A stretch of DNA of 64,000 nt, taken from contig OX337237.1 in NCBI GenBank assembly GCA_946965045.2, forward strand, positions 1,798,001 through 1,862,000. The letters run 5' to 3'. The position numbers and the translations under genes are program-made. The DNA is from Epithemia pelagica (taxonomy: Eukaryota > Protista > Bacillariophyta). This document shows positions 31,233-43,453 of the stretch, one piece after another; the stretch's first letter is position 1, and every line of letters begins with the position of its first letter. A model generated the notes under the pieces. The model saw only the letters and a program-made list of their open reading frames with translations. It had not been told where the DNA came from and did no database searches.

Positions 31233-34200
31233 TTGTTGCATGAGGATGAGGAAGAGGACGACGACAGCGCCTTTGACGAATCTCTTGACCCACAGAAGAG
31301 TCCGTACCACGTCGTCACCTGGCCCAAATCTGTCGAACACTCAACGCAGATCTGCCTCCAGGAACGACCCATGTGTCTCCCCGGGTTCGCATACACATAC
31401 GATGTCGAAAAGGGAAAATGGGAAGTTACAAAAGGGCTGTATGAGTACAAGAACAATGAATGGCAACCCAAGGTCACTCACTTACCGGTCATCCACGAAT
31501 TTAAAACCCGTGAAACCTTCGCCTTCAGCGTCATCCACACCCTGGAAGAAGAAGACGAAGATGATATCGATACGGAAAGTGAGAACGAAGCATGGCCAAC
31601 AGATGACTCCAGCGCACTCTTTGGTACTTACAACAGCAACGATGACACCATCACCGATGACGAAATGAATGCATCCGACGATGACACCGCGTCATCAATG
31701 CCTCCTCTCGTCCTGCGAGCACCCGTCGGAACTCAATCCGAAACAATGAAGGCACTCCTCGCAGACAAAATCAAACTCTTCGACCCCATGACGAACAACC
31801 ATCTCGTCGACCAATACAACGAATATGTGGCCGCGACCGTCATCACAAACAATGCACAAAGAGCAAACAAAATTTCGGATTTGAGGATGTACAGCAATGA
31901 GGGAGAGACCGTGAGAAACGACGACGAAGTCGAACAACACAACAAAGAAGAGGAAGACTCAAAACCAGCTGCAAAAGAAGACACACCGAAACAAATGGTG
32001 CGCTTCAACGCCACCCTCAACATCAACGAGTCACCACCTCCTATCCCTGAGGGACGGCCCGTTGACCCAAGACTCTTCCGCTTGCCAGCCATCTCTCCAA
32101 TGGATATCTCCGTCTCACCGCCCAAACCACCTGGACCATTCTGGCGGACCGACCCACAGCCAACTCCCATTCCGCGAGAACTCTTGCAAGATCTCGCTCA
32201 ACTCAAACGAGACCGAACAAGAGGAAAGGCCAAAAATGCAAGACGAGACGGAATGAGACTTCAACGAGCACAACACATGATGCACGCACGTCACTGGAAA
32301 GAACCTGCACTCACCTTAGAGCAAGCATACGAGCGAGTCCTCGACGAGGAATGGCGTCTTGGATGGTACATCGATGGAACACCCATTCCAGACCACCCAA
32401 TGCCTCGCTCTTCTTTCCCAGGCTTCTCAACTACCGCTCCGTCTCCTCGACCTGCCTCGCTCCTCGACGAATCCTTCTCGTCGATCGGCAACGACGATCC
32501 TCTCTCTCTCTACCTCTCGTTTGAACAAAACACGAGTGAGAATGAGAACGACAGTCTTGCATCCTTTACCAATACAAATAACTTGCATCACCGATATGTG
32601 CCGACGGACCACGAAGACATGGACGACAGCCAAGACGACACCATGTCCCCATCACACACTATCACTTTGGCCGCCTTTGACTATGGAAAATGGCTTCACC
32701 AGCCCGATGAATTTCTCTCCAACGAAAATTATGGAGAGACTTCAGCCCCAGCAGCAAATTTGACCACTGTGGACCAAAGTGTAGAGGATACTCCGGTAGA
32801 GGAATACGTTGAAATCGACCTTGCTAAGTATCAGTGGGAACACCAAGACCAAACGCCCCGTACCAAGCGAGCCAGTCGTGAATCCCCCAAGCCTAACCAT
32901 CCGGATTCCGCCTTGCTCCACATTTTTCTTGGTATGGTCTTGTCCCTTCTCTTCCTCCTACCCGGTATCCCTTGGCTTTGTCCTATCCCTACTCCCGTCC
33001 ATGTGGGTACCCCATCTACTCTTGGCCTATCCTACCTCCTCAACAGCACAGTCTACTTTGAAAAGGGCTACAACAACTTATCAAAAGGGATCTACGAGCT
33101 CATGACAGCTATTTTACTACACCCCTTCTACAAGTATGCCTTCATCGTCTGGACCACGTGCTGGTTGATTGTTGGGTCTTACCTTCTTTTAGCATCCAAC
33201 AAGACCAAGAACCCCGGCCGTTTCACCACTGCTCGACCGACACATCACCGCAAGTCCGAGCCACCGGCCAACCGGAATCGTGGCACCCCACGGGCATCCC
33301 TTTGGAGTTTGATGGTTTTTTCGGTTTGTGTGTTGTTGCATATCATTGGCTCTCTTGTTGGGTTCTCTTGGCAGACTGTCAAAAGCGAAGAGGGAGAAAG
33401 CGTACAGGCAAAAAGGAATAAGCGTCGCATTCGTCGTCGCCAGCGCAAACAACAACAAAAACAACAATTCCGCCTCGCTTGCCCGAACACACCAACACCT
33501 TGTTCAACAACAACAACACATTTCCAACCTTCGGCTCCAGCTATGCCAGCGCCACGACCATTACGTACCCATCCATATCGGGAACAGAACATCAGAAACA
33601 AGCAATTCTCGCCAAACAAGCCGCGTGCTTCTCACTTTTACCCTGTAAACACTCAAGAGGCACAAGCGTCAGTATACATGGCAGTTGCAAACGAAGACAT
33701 TTCAGCACCTCTTCAAGCCCCTACCAAACTTCGCAACGCCATGCCACCCAATGCATCCTATCCTATTATTTGGGATTCCGGAGCATCCATCTCAATCTCG
33801 TGTCGACCCGAAGATTTCGTCGAACCGGTCACACCTGTACCACGGCTCAAAATCAAAGGTATTTCAAAGGATAAAATCGCCGTCGTCGGCAAAGGTACAG
33901 TCTTGTGGAACGTACTTGACACAAATGGAAACCTCCGCTCACTCAAACTACCAGCTCTCTTGGTTCCTAAAGCAAAAACACGTCTTTTGTCAGTTCAAAG
34001 CCTCCTCCAAAAATACAATGGAGAAAAGATCGAACAAGACGGCACAAAACTTACCCTTTCTGGACTCAAAGACGACAAGACCCGTGGACCAGTTTGTGTT
34101 CGAGTCAACACCTTGAATAACCTTCCCATGTCGTACGGATACGACATGGGACACATCCACACAAGCACCCAAGCCCTGACATCCATTGTCCAGACCACCT

Positions 34201-34658
34201 CCATCCACAACCATAACCTCGCAGAGCCAGCCAAAGAACTCCTCCGTTGGCATGAAAGACTCGGCCATCTTGGTTTTAAAAAGGTACAGTTCCTCCTCAG
34301 AACCGGCATCCTTGCCACCTCTGAGTCCACGCGTCGACTACACACAGCCGCAGCAAATCTAACGATTCTGCCTCTTTGTGCAGCCTGTCAATACGGAAAA
34401 CAAAAGCGACGACCCTCTCCAGGAATCACACACAAGTTAGTCAAAGACAGAAACACAATCACAAATAAAATAATCTCTACCCAGGACAATGCATCTCAGT
34501 GGATCATTTCAACTGCTCCACAAAAGGCCGCCTTTTCACATCACACGGCAAAACCAAAAATGAAGACATGTATGTTGGAGGCGCAATTTTTGTCAACCAC
34601 GCGTCTGGATACACTTGGATCGGATTCCAATCACACCTCAACACTCACGAAACCTTAA
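31233..34658 (+). CDS. Element 2: acidic region, GWYIDGT domain, three hydrophobic segments, protease, GAG-pre-integrase
   Basis: IIWDSGASISIS (protease); ELLRWHERLGH...CAACQYGK (integrase zinc finger). Confidence 0.85.
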   Translation: MLHEDEEEDDDSAFDESLDPQKSPYHVVTWPKSVEHSTQICLQERPMCLPGFAYTYDVEKGKWEVTKGLYEYKNNEWQPKVTHLPVIHEFKTRETFAFSVIHTLEEEDEDDIDTESENEAWPTDDSSALFGTYNSNDDTITDDEMNASDDDTASSMPPLVLRAPVGTQSETMKALLADKIKLFDPMTNNHLVDQYNEYVAATVITNNAQRANKISDLRMYSNEGETVRNDDEVEQHNKEEEDSKPAAKEDTPKQMVRFNATLNINESPPPIPEGRPVDPRLFRLPAISPMDISVSPPKPPGPFWRTDPQPTPIPRELLQDLAQLKRDRTRGKAKNARRDGMRLQRAQHMMHARHWKEPALTLEQAYERVLDEEWRLGWYIDGTPIPDHPMPRSSFPGFSTTAPSPRPASLLDESFSSIGNDDPLSLYLSFEQNTSENENDSLASFTNTNNLHHRYVPTDHEDMDDSQDDTMSPSHTITLAAFDYGKWLHQPDEFLSNENYGETSAPAANLTTVDQSVEDTPVEEYVEIDLAKYQWEHQDQTPRTKRASRESPKPNHPDSALLHIFLGMVLSLLFLLPGIPWLCPIPTPVHVGTPSTLGLSYLLNSTVYFEKGYNNLSKGIYELMTAILLHPFYKYAFIVWTTCWLIVGSYLLLASNKTKNPGRFTTARPTHHRKSEPPANRNRGTPRASLWSLMVFSVCVLLHIIGSLVGFSWQTVKSEEGESVQAKRNKRRIRRRQRKQQQKQQFRLACPNTPTPCSTTTTHFQPSAPAMPAPRPLRTHPYREQNIRNKQFSPNKPRASHFYPVNTQEAQASVYMAVANEDISAPLQAPTKLRNAMPPNASYPIIWDSGASISISCRPEDFVEPVTPVPRLKIKGISKDKIAVVGKGTVLWNVLDTNGNLRSLKLPALLVPKAKTRLLSVQSLLQKYNGEKIEQDGTKLTLSGLKDDKTRGPVCVRVNTLNNLPMSYGYDMGHIHTSTQALTSIVQTTSIHNHNLAEPAKELLRWHERLGHLGFKKVQFLLRTGILATSESTRRLHTAAANLTILPLCAACQYGKQKRRPSPGITHKLVKDRNTITNKIISTQDNASQWIISTAPQKAAFSHHTAKPKMKTCMLEAQFLSTTRLDTLGSDSNHTSTLTKP

Positions 34659-35413
34659 CTGTCAAAAATTCCTATGAACTCTTCTGTCGTGATGTAGGAG
34701 TAGTTCCCACACAATATCTAACCGACAATGATGGGGCGTTAACATCAGGCGGTTACACCCGGAACCTCCAACAGTTTGCTCAAGTCTACCGTTTTGCAGG
34801 AGTAGGAGCACACCATCACGCTGGAGTGGCTGAAAGGGCCATTCAAACAATAATGTCCATAGCACGCACTATGATGCTGCACTCTGCCATACACTGGCCT
34901 CAATTGTACGACCCCTCTCTATGGCCTATGGCAGTAACGCATGCCACCTTTCTCTACAATCACATACCAAGTACCGAGACAGGCATTAGCCCCCATGATT
35001 TATTTACAAAAATTCGATGGGAACAAAGAAAGTTCCACGATCTCCACGTATGGGGATGTCCTGTATATGTCTTAGACAAGGAAATAGCAGATGGGAAGAA
35101 ACTTCCACGATGGAAACCACGATCTACCAGGTGTATGCTAATGGGACTTAGCCAGAGACATGCTAGCACAGCCGCTCTAGTACTAAATCCTCAAACCGGC
35201 TCTATCACCCCACAATTTCACGTAGTTTATGATGATTGGTTAAGCACAATAGCAACTGATCCTGAAGATCTTCCCGACTTTAATTCTGACGAATGGCACA
35301 AGCTATTTGGAGAATCTAACTACCAGTACATCGAAGATGACAGTGACACTCATCAAGATGACACTCCACCTAATCCACAAGATTCCAACGCACTATTAGA
35401 TTTCAATACTTGA
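34499..35413 (+). CDS. pol: Integrase core of element 2
   Basis: SVDHF, LTDND, GVAERAI, WGCPVYVL, PQFHVVYDD. Confidence 0.9.
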   Translation: MDHFNCSTKGRLFTSHGKTKNEDMYVGGAIFVNHASGYTWIGFQSHLNTHETLTVKNSYELFCRDVGVVPTQYLTDNDGALTSGGYTRNLQQFAQVYRFAGVGAHHHAGVAERAIQTIMSIARTMMLHSAIHWPQLYDPSLWPMAVTHATFLYNHIPSTETGISPHDLFTKIRWEQRKFHDLHVWGCPVYVLDKEIADGKKLPRWKPRSTRCMLMGLSQRHASTAALVLNPQTGSITPQFHVVYDDWLSTIATDPEDLPDFNSDEWHKLFGESNYQYIEDDSDTHQDDTPPNPQDSNALLDFNT

Positions 35414-35743
35414 AAGTCTACCACAGCTAGCGCCATGGACCTAGCTACACCACCTACTCCTTTGCCAACACCCTCCGATCCTCCAACCCAGAACCCGTTT
35501 CCGAGGTCAGCTCCCAGCTCGTCACCAATCGAGTCTCTAACCACGACTCCTGATAGTCCCGTGTCCCCTCAATTCCTTCCTCAGAGGGAGAACACACCGG
35601 TAACTAATACTACCTCTAAAACCGCTGACCCCTCAATCACTCCATGACGCCTCACTATCTCAACCCCTTCTCAGAGGGAGCAATACCCCTCTCAGAGGGA
35701 ACAATCCATTCCTACAAAACCTCCCTCTCCAAGACCAGCTAAG

Positions 35744-37509
35744 GTGCCCACTCCTAGATCTTCACCAATCAAAGATCCACATAGCAAGCCACTTCTAGGT
35801 ACTAGGCGATCCTCTAGAGTCTCCAAACGACCTACTAGACTCATTGAAGAAAACAACTTGGCGCAAATTCCTGCTCTACCTACCTCTCATACACCAAGCG
35901 ATCTTTTAGGTGCCTTCAAAGCATCCTTATCCGACGCCGACACCTTGTCTTACGACGAGGCCATGCGAGATTCAGCAGTAGAAAAATGGAAAACAGCAGC
36001 CGAAAATGAAATTCAAGAATTAGAATCCAAAAACACATGTGTAGAAGTACCTCAAAACGAAGCCACGTCTAGGATCCTACCAGGAACCTGGGTGTTCAAG
36101 CGAAAACGTTCTCCAGATGGAGAAATCACCAAACACAAAGCCAGATACTGCGTGCGCGGTGACCTACAAGAAACAGAAGAAGAAAACTACTCACCAGTGG
36201 TACATTGGAGTTCCATTCGAACTATACTTACTCTTAGTCTAGTACTTCAGTGGGAATTAGCCTGCATTGACTTCAACAATACTTTCGTTCAAGCCACTTT
36301 AGAAGAACTAATCTGGATCCATCTACCTAGAGGATTCAGGTCCAAGTTAGGAAAACACTCATGTCTAAGACTGAAGAAAAGTCTATACGGATTATCGTCA
36401 GCACCTAGACTTTGGTACGACCACCAAGTTAAAGCCCTCCTTGAAGATGGTTTCCAAATAGGTTCCCATGATAATTGCCTGCTCTTCAAGCACAACATAA
36501 TTATCTTTCTATGGGTAGATGACTGCGGAGTATGTTCACCAAAACTGGACTTAATTGATGCACTCATACTACGACTTCAAAAGAAAGGTCTTTCCTTGAA
36601 GAAAGAAGGAAATTTCACAGACTATTTGGGAATAAATTTTGTTCGTACCAACAATAAATCAATTACAATGACACAAAAAGGGCTCATCTCCAAAGTCATA
36701 GAAACAACTGGTATGAAGGACTGCAACCCAAATTGGACACCGGCAACTCAACTTGCCTTAGGAAGCGATCCCGAAGGGGAACCTATGAAAGAGAACTGGC
36801 ACTATAGTTCTGTTGTAGGAATGCTACTCTACCTAGCAACAAACACTAGGCCAGACATAGCCTTTGCAGTTAGCCAAGTAGCCCGTTTCAACTCAGCACC
36901 TAAGAAATCCCATGCTGCTGCTGTTAAAACCATCGTGCGCTACTTAGCACGAACGCATGACAAAGGAACAATCTTCACTCCAACCACCGATTTTAAGCTT
37001 GATTGTTATGTAGATGCTGATTTTGCGGCACTACATGGACGAGAAGAACAGGACAATCCAAACAGTACAAAATCACGTACAGGATATATCCTTTCATTCT
37101 GTGGATGTCCTTTGATCTGGCGATCTCAACTTCAATCATCGGTAGCCCTTAGCACTCTCCAAGCTGAAATCACGCTCTTTCTCAAGCTATGCGACGTGTG
37201 ATAGCAGCTAGACGAGTTATCGAAGAAGTGTTAGAAAATCTAGAAATTCCCTTTGATTCTCCCACGAAACATTCAGAAGTGTTCGAAGACAATAGTGGAG
37301 CTTACTATTTAGCCACAAAACAACGTCTTACACCTCGAACCAAGCACTTCAACACCTACCTGCATTTCTTCTGGGAACACGTTGGAGATCATCCAGGAGG
37401 TGTAAAGGTTAGTATGGTAAACACTGAAGAACAACGTGCTGATTATCTAACTAAATGCCAAGGACGAGAACTATTCGAGAAATGTCGCCAGTTGAACCAA
37501 GGATGGTGA
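35744..37509 (+). CDS. pol: Reverse transcriptase and RNase H of element 2 (one frameshift ~37170)
   Basis: KARYCVRGD, KKSLYGL, WVDD, TRPDIAFAV, YVDADF, FEDN, QRADYLTK. Confidence 0.9.
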
Positions 37510-37565
37510 ATTCGCTCACAAACATGTCACTCATTCCAAAATGTTATGTCCTCCATGAGAGGGAG

Positions 37566-38270
37566 AGTTAAGACATAGCGAAATATCACCATGCTAGGAA
37601 CTCTAGCCCACATAGTCAAGGTAGATACCCTGGCATATCTAGTCGTCCTGTTTGAGTCATAAGATGAAGATTCGAGTGACGAAAGATACGAAGAAGATGC
37701 CACCGCGCTCTCTGGGTTCTCTTCGTCACACTTCCGAATCCATCGATCTAAGTCTTCAACATCAGGGCACTAATAATATTATTTCCGTTCGGAAGCGACG
37801 TGTGTGCTAGGGGTTAAGTGTCGCCTGTCGACCGAACCCACGCCCTTCGTCCACATTTAGAAGAAATCACTCTAACACATATGTAAGCTGCACGATAGAC
37901 TTAGAGACAGAACATCCGATCCATAGATAAGCCAATACGGAAATTGAATCCTAGATAGTGGACTTACATGGTCGAATGTAGCTGATGAAGTGGCCTTTGG
38001 CGCCACATCATTCAGGATCATTGAAGAACGATCCTAGGGATGAAGTTCCAAGAAATCATTCCTGGAACGATCATCAAGTAAACAATACAATCTAGAAATA
38101 AACTCACTCTTTTATAAAACAAGAAAGTTGCAAGCAACCTTCCTGTAAGAGCATACGAAGGTGAGGGCCCCATCGTCGTACTACATCTAGAGCTACAAGA
38201 GAGAAAAACTAACACATCGATCTGCACCTAGTTTTATCTCCCAGTTAGACAAGAGCTGATACTCTTAAAT
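37566..38270 (+). repeat. 3' LTR of element 2 (705 bp)
   Basis: AGTTAAGA...TCTTAAAT. Confidence 0.95.
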
Positions 38271-38499
38271 GATAGCCTGCATGACAAAGGCTCGGCCACG
38301 ATGTTCCTAAGAAAGTATTTAAATAGAAAGAAGACTTAGACAATCATTGCTCTATGTTATCAATATCCGCGAATCTCACCCATCACCCCATACATTCTTG
38401 GGGGGAAGGGAATTGTCTGGTTTCGGAGTAATAGACCGGTTCGTAAAACAAGAAAAACGTTACGGCGTATTATTCTCAAAAGCGTCTGGACAACGGCTT

Positions 38500-38760
38500 T
38501 CCAACGAGTCATTGAATGTTGCAATCCGACTTACAGGTATAAAGTTAGGTAGGAAAGTCGTAGAGGGTGCTGGAAAAACAACCAAAAGCAGCCCAAATTT
38601 CAAAATCACGTCTCTTCTGAATGACAAGAGCAATCAACCCGAACAAAGGTGCCGATAGCATCGTCTCGACAACAAGGGCCTTCCAACGAGCCATTGAACG
38701 TTGCAATCCAACTTACAGCTATAAAGTTAGGTAGGAAAGTCGTTGAGGGTGCTGGAAAAG
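38500..38760. repeat. Two imperfect ~80-bp direct repeats about 180 bp apart
   Basis: TTCCAACGAG...GAGGGTGCTGGAAAA near 38500 and 38681. Confidence 0.85.
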
Positions 38761-38873
38761 GAAGAAAAGGCTGTTGGGAGAGTTTTTTGTTGTTCTGAGA
38801 GTGGGTTTTTTGGCTGGTCTCATGCTAGTAAGAAGGTAGCAGGTGATTTGCTTCGGGAGGCTGATGGAAGAGG

Positions 38874-39278
38874 GGCAGTTGATACACGTGCCTTGACACG
38901 TGCCTGGAGCAGCAGTATGGGAGGGTGACAGGCGTGTGTGGCCACATGGGGACTGGCAGTTGATACACGTGCCTTGACACGTGCCTGGAGCAGCAGTATG
39001 GGAGGGTGACATGCGTGTGTGGCCACATGGGGACTGGCAGTTGATACACGTGCCTTGACACGTGCCTGGAGCAGCAGTATGGGAGGGTGACAGGCGTGTG
39101 AGGCCACATGGGGACTGGCAGTTGATACACGTGCCTTGACACGTGCCTGGAGCAGCAGTATGGGAGGGTGACAGGCGTGTGAGGCCACATGGGGACTGGC
39201 AGTTGATACACATGCCTTGACACGTGCCTGGAGCAGCAGCATGGGAGGGTGACAGGCGTGTGAGGCCACATGGGGACT
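38874..39278. repeat. 81-bp minisatellite x5
   Basis: Units at 38874, 38955, 39036, 39117, 39198. Two CACGTG per unit (one reads CACATG in the last unit). Confidence 0.95.
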
Positions 39279-40492
39279 GTTCTTATGCGACTGACAGCGA
39301 CTAAAAACTGGGTGTGGTTAATTGGGATTGGTACTTCAAAGTTTTGTATATAATTCTTCCGCACTTCAATAATCGCCCGGAAACAACATATAGTACTTGT
39401 TAATACGTGCCTTCTGCCCATGGTCATGTTTATTCCAGAAGACACGTTGTTCCATACCACGAACATCAGGGAACAGAGTTGGTAAAGGAGCATTGGCAGA
39501 CTCGCGCACCGTACTGTCTGTATACATCATACGACCCAAATCACCAGGGTTGTCTTGTGTCGTGAAAGTCTATTGCAGCCTTCAAATTCTTAGTTTATGA
39601 GATGCATGAAGTATATTATACCAAAAACTGAATATCAATCTTTCTAAGTTATCTTGTTGTACTATGCCGAAAACATTGACATATGTTTGGAATATGACAG
39701 ATCGTATAACACCAATATTGACAGTCGAGAAATATTCACTCTGGTGAGTGATTCCCTTCAAGACTCGCCATGGATATGGGCGGAGCACTTCATTCTCCGC
39801 TATGCACGCACAACTGCGACTGGAAGAAAACCACAAGGGAGATGACCAGTTTTATTCTTGGGAAACAGAGAATGAGGACTTTCGTACATTGGAAGTGAAT
39901 TCCGAAGTTGGAAGTTTGTGGCCTGCAATTGGTTTGCAGCCTGCGATTGGTGAGGCAAACCAATTGACTTCGAGAAACTGTACTTCTCCGATTATATGAG
40001 CGTGCGGCAAAGTTATGAAGAAACGAAGACAATCCGAATGGCATGCAATACGAAAGCAGACGAAGCGTTTTGCCCCATCGGAGTGACGAAGAGAACAGAG
40101 CCGTTGACGGATAGGTCCGACATGAAAGACTTCATGACCTCATTCTTCGTCGAGTCTGGCATTGCAATCAATCTTCAGGGTCAGGAAGCAAACGAGCACA
40201 CAGTGTTTCAGAGCATGGAATCAATTTGTGACCCGCCATTATTGCAGCAACATGAGCGAATACAACACATTTGTGCAGCAAACAGAGTGGCACGTGATTG
40301 GGATAGAAAAGTACCCTGAAGATGTCCATAGTAGGAAGTCCCATTGATGGTGGTGACATCAATGGTGACATCAAATGGCATGGAATGACAAATGGCATGG
40401 AATGTAATGCGAGATGAAGTCAGTGTTGGTATTGAGGACGACTTACTAACAAGTGAGGTGGCGAAACAATCTGATCCATTGTCAGAGGTAGC

Positions 40493-40913
40493 TTGCTGAT
40501 GTATTTCTTGTTGAAGAATGATCCGGAGTTCACATTTATGCTCAGGAAGATCCCTCTGTTTACTGCCAAGAAGTCAGGGCGGCAAGAAATTGACGGCAAC
40601 GAAGACAGAGGGTATGGTCTGTTTACAGCTCGGGACTATGAAGGGAACCAGGTCATTGATGTCTACGCCGGCTTCGATATTACTTCGCAAATGGTCCATC
40701 GGACCGAATATGCTCACCAGTTCGGAAGTGATTGCACCATTCAGCTGGACAACGAGGATTTCTGTTTCATGGGGATACAGTTTTTCAACGACCCCTACTA
40801 CCCCCTCTACGAAAAGGGTGAAACACCGGACGAGTCAGACAAGCTCTACAACATTGTTAGTATGCTCTTGGTGTATTGCAACTATTGCAAGAAATGGCCG
40901 ATTAGAAGAGTAA
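40493..40913 (+). pseudogene. SET-domain fragment
   Basis: RGYGLFTARDYEGNQVIDVYAG (SET-N) and MGIQFFNDP (cf. RFINHS). The C-terminal EL..Y motif is not intact. Confidence 0.55.
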
Positions 40914-41069
40914 GGTCAGTTGTGCCTGCTTTTTCTTGGCCTCTTCATCAGTTTACTGTCTCAGTATCCGGAATGGACACTCCCATCTCCTTGGCCCGAG
41001 TGTTGGAGTCGCGGCGAAAGGAGCGGAATGAAGAGTACTTAAGGGCCACATCACTGGGAAAAGATGCAA

Positions 41070-41441
41070 TTATGTAGAGTAAAGGGAGGTGAGAAGAAGG
41101 TGGAGTAGATTGTCAATTTTATTGGATGTGGTGACTTTTCCATTTTGATGAAGCATGAGAGGGCCTATGTGTCTGTTCTTATCCGGGAAGAGGATGGCAG
41201 CTCTTCTTACCCACTGCCTGACTTGGAGTTCGCTTGATGTAATGTTGACCGAAGGAAGGAGGTGGGTACATTCTATGTGTTCTCCCTTGACCTGACCCCA
41301 GAGTACAATGATGATGGCGTTGTTGTGAGATATAGCATCACCATGTGTGATGATTCTTTCAAGATCAAGGAGCAGGCCCTCAAGCCTTCTGGCACTCCAT
41401 GGTATATTTTGTAAGGTGGGTTTCAACATCACAGGAACCAT
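41070..41441 (-). mobile_element. Tyrosine-recombinase fragment of a DIRS/Ngaro-like element
   Basis: RRLEGLLLDL (box I-like), GQVKGE..THLLPSVNITSSELQVRQWV, GP. Confidence 0.55.
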
Positions 41442-42822
41442 TCTTAAAAGGGGTGAGTGGCAAGAATGTTATGACGGGTATGAAATTTCCTGTATAGTCA
41501 GGTGGGACACATATACAGGTAAAACTGTGGGTGGAATGAACTAACATGTTAGGAGTTGGGTGACTGTGCAGTTTCTGAATCACACAAACACATACCCTTC
41601 TTATGAAGGGGCATGAATGGCAATGCCATGATAGGGAATGGTACTGGAGAGTAAGTTGGAGTGACAATAACATACTCTGCCCTCCAGAAAGGTGTTTATG
41701 TTTAGAGAGGTGAAATATGAACAAGTAACATTGAAATGGACATTCTTCCCGATGCGAGCAACAAGGAAGACTCAAACTCTTGGTCCGTTGTTGACCGCGA
41801 GCCATCCAATGGCACCCATGTTGCCAACTTCATGTCCATCACCAACAACGACATTTCCATTGGATCCTTCCATGATGACGATTTGTACTTGTCCTTGCCC
41901 ACTATCACCTCCTGCCACAACTTGATTGGCAACGCTGACGAAATGAGATCTGAGCACGCTGCGTGAATGTCGATCACACATAGCCACAAATGCAAATCAG
42001 TTGAGCTTGAAATGGATGGTTGGCTCTGAATGACACCATTGAAAACAATTCAGCACAAGGTGCTTTTAAAGACATCAGGTATTATGGGAAAATTTGCCAT
42101 TCACCAAATGTTTGTTCTACAATGTTGTAAATGTTCCTCCACCAGAAGGGTGGAACTGACTACGATACCCAGCCTGGGACAGGTACTGATGGACCTTGAC
42201 CATGACAGCACTCATGTCGACGTGTTTATGATAGTTCAAACCTATGTGTCCAACAAAAACACACCATGCCAGACTAAAGGCACTCACCAAATGTTTGTTT
42301 TACAATGTCCTAAATGTTCCTCCACCAGAAGGGTGGGACTGACTACGATACCAGGCCACACCATGCCAGACAAAGGCACAGGTGTGATTCTGCAAGGATA
42401 TACAAAGCCTTCGAGGAAGACTCCTCTCTTTTTCTTCAATGCTCATTGAATTGCTGTAGGAGATGGTTCACTTTTGTTGCATTAGATGGCCAAATCACTT
42501 CACCTCCAGTGACTCTTTGCTGTCCACCACTGAGATTTCACAGTTGGTGGAGTTATGGGGAGTGACTCCAGAAGCGAAGACAATCACCACCACCACATGT
42601 TTTTGTTTCTTTTGATCAATCCACTGGTTGGCCATGTGGAGGGGGACCCAATTCCTCATCATGGTAGCCTCATCCCCTGAATTCAGCTTCATTTTTGCCT
42701 CTACCTCCATTTTTGTCATCACTTTGGCGTATCCCTTTGCCAGGGGGGTCCATTGTGCGTTTCTCACTGGAGTCATGGTCATCACTGCGATGACTCTCAA
42801 GTTTGGTTGTCTCTCAAGTTTG

Positions 42823-43453
42823 GTTTTCTTTGTCTCTAAAAAACCAAAAACCAAAAACCAAAAATTACTTAGTAACAATTAGGAGTCTTTAATTGGATAG
42901 TTTTCTTTGTCTCTAAATAACCAAAAACCAAAATTAGTTAGTAACAATTAGGAGTCTTTAATTGGACGGGAAACTATACCATCCCGTCCTGCAGAAGCAG
43001 TTCCATCATTTCTTTCATTTATCTTCTGTGTCAAAGCAAAGTAGCTCATAGTATCATGCTTTTTTTGCATCCTGTCCTGTAGCAGCAGTTCCATCATTAC
43101 TTTCATTCATCTTCTGTGTCAAAGCAAAGTAGCTCATAGTATCATGCTTTTTTATGTACAGGAGTCTTCAGCATTGTATCCTTCACACTTACTCTCACCT
43201 CCCTTTCACAGAACCTCATAGTATCATGCTTTTTTGATGTGCAGGAGTCTTCAGCATTGTATCCTTCACACTTACTCCCACCTCCCTTTCACAGAACCTC
43301 ATAGTATCATGCTTTTTTGATGTGCAGGAGTCTTCAGCATTGTATCCTTCACACTTACTCCCACCTCCCTTTCACAGAACCTCATAGTATCATGCTTTTT
43401 TGATGTGCAGGAGTCTTCAGCATTGTATCCTTCACACTTACTCCCACCTCCCT
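42823..43453. repeat. Cluster of short tandem duplications ending in an 82/83-bp repeat x~4
   Basis: CTCATAGTATCATGC units at 43133, 43215, 43298, 43381. Further pairs at ~42823/42900 and ~42996/43083. Confidence 0.9.

Larger units (their letters stand above)
28587..38270 (+). mobile_element. Full-length Ty1/Copia LTR retrotransposon with long gag-pol insert (element 2)
   Basis: LTRs 28587-29303 and 37566-38270 differ by a 12-bp indel and a near-terminal base. TSD GATAG (28582-86, 38271-75). PPT GAGAGGGAG (37557-65). GGTTAT follows the 5' LTR. Confidence 0.95.

Noticed and set aside
39397-39850. Possible protein-kinase N-lobe (VGKGA...VVKV)
   Set aside because: No HRD or DFG motifs and multiple stops; too weak to call.
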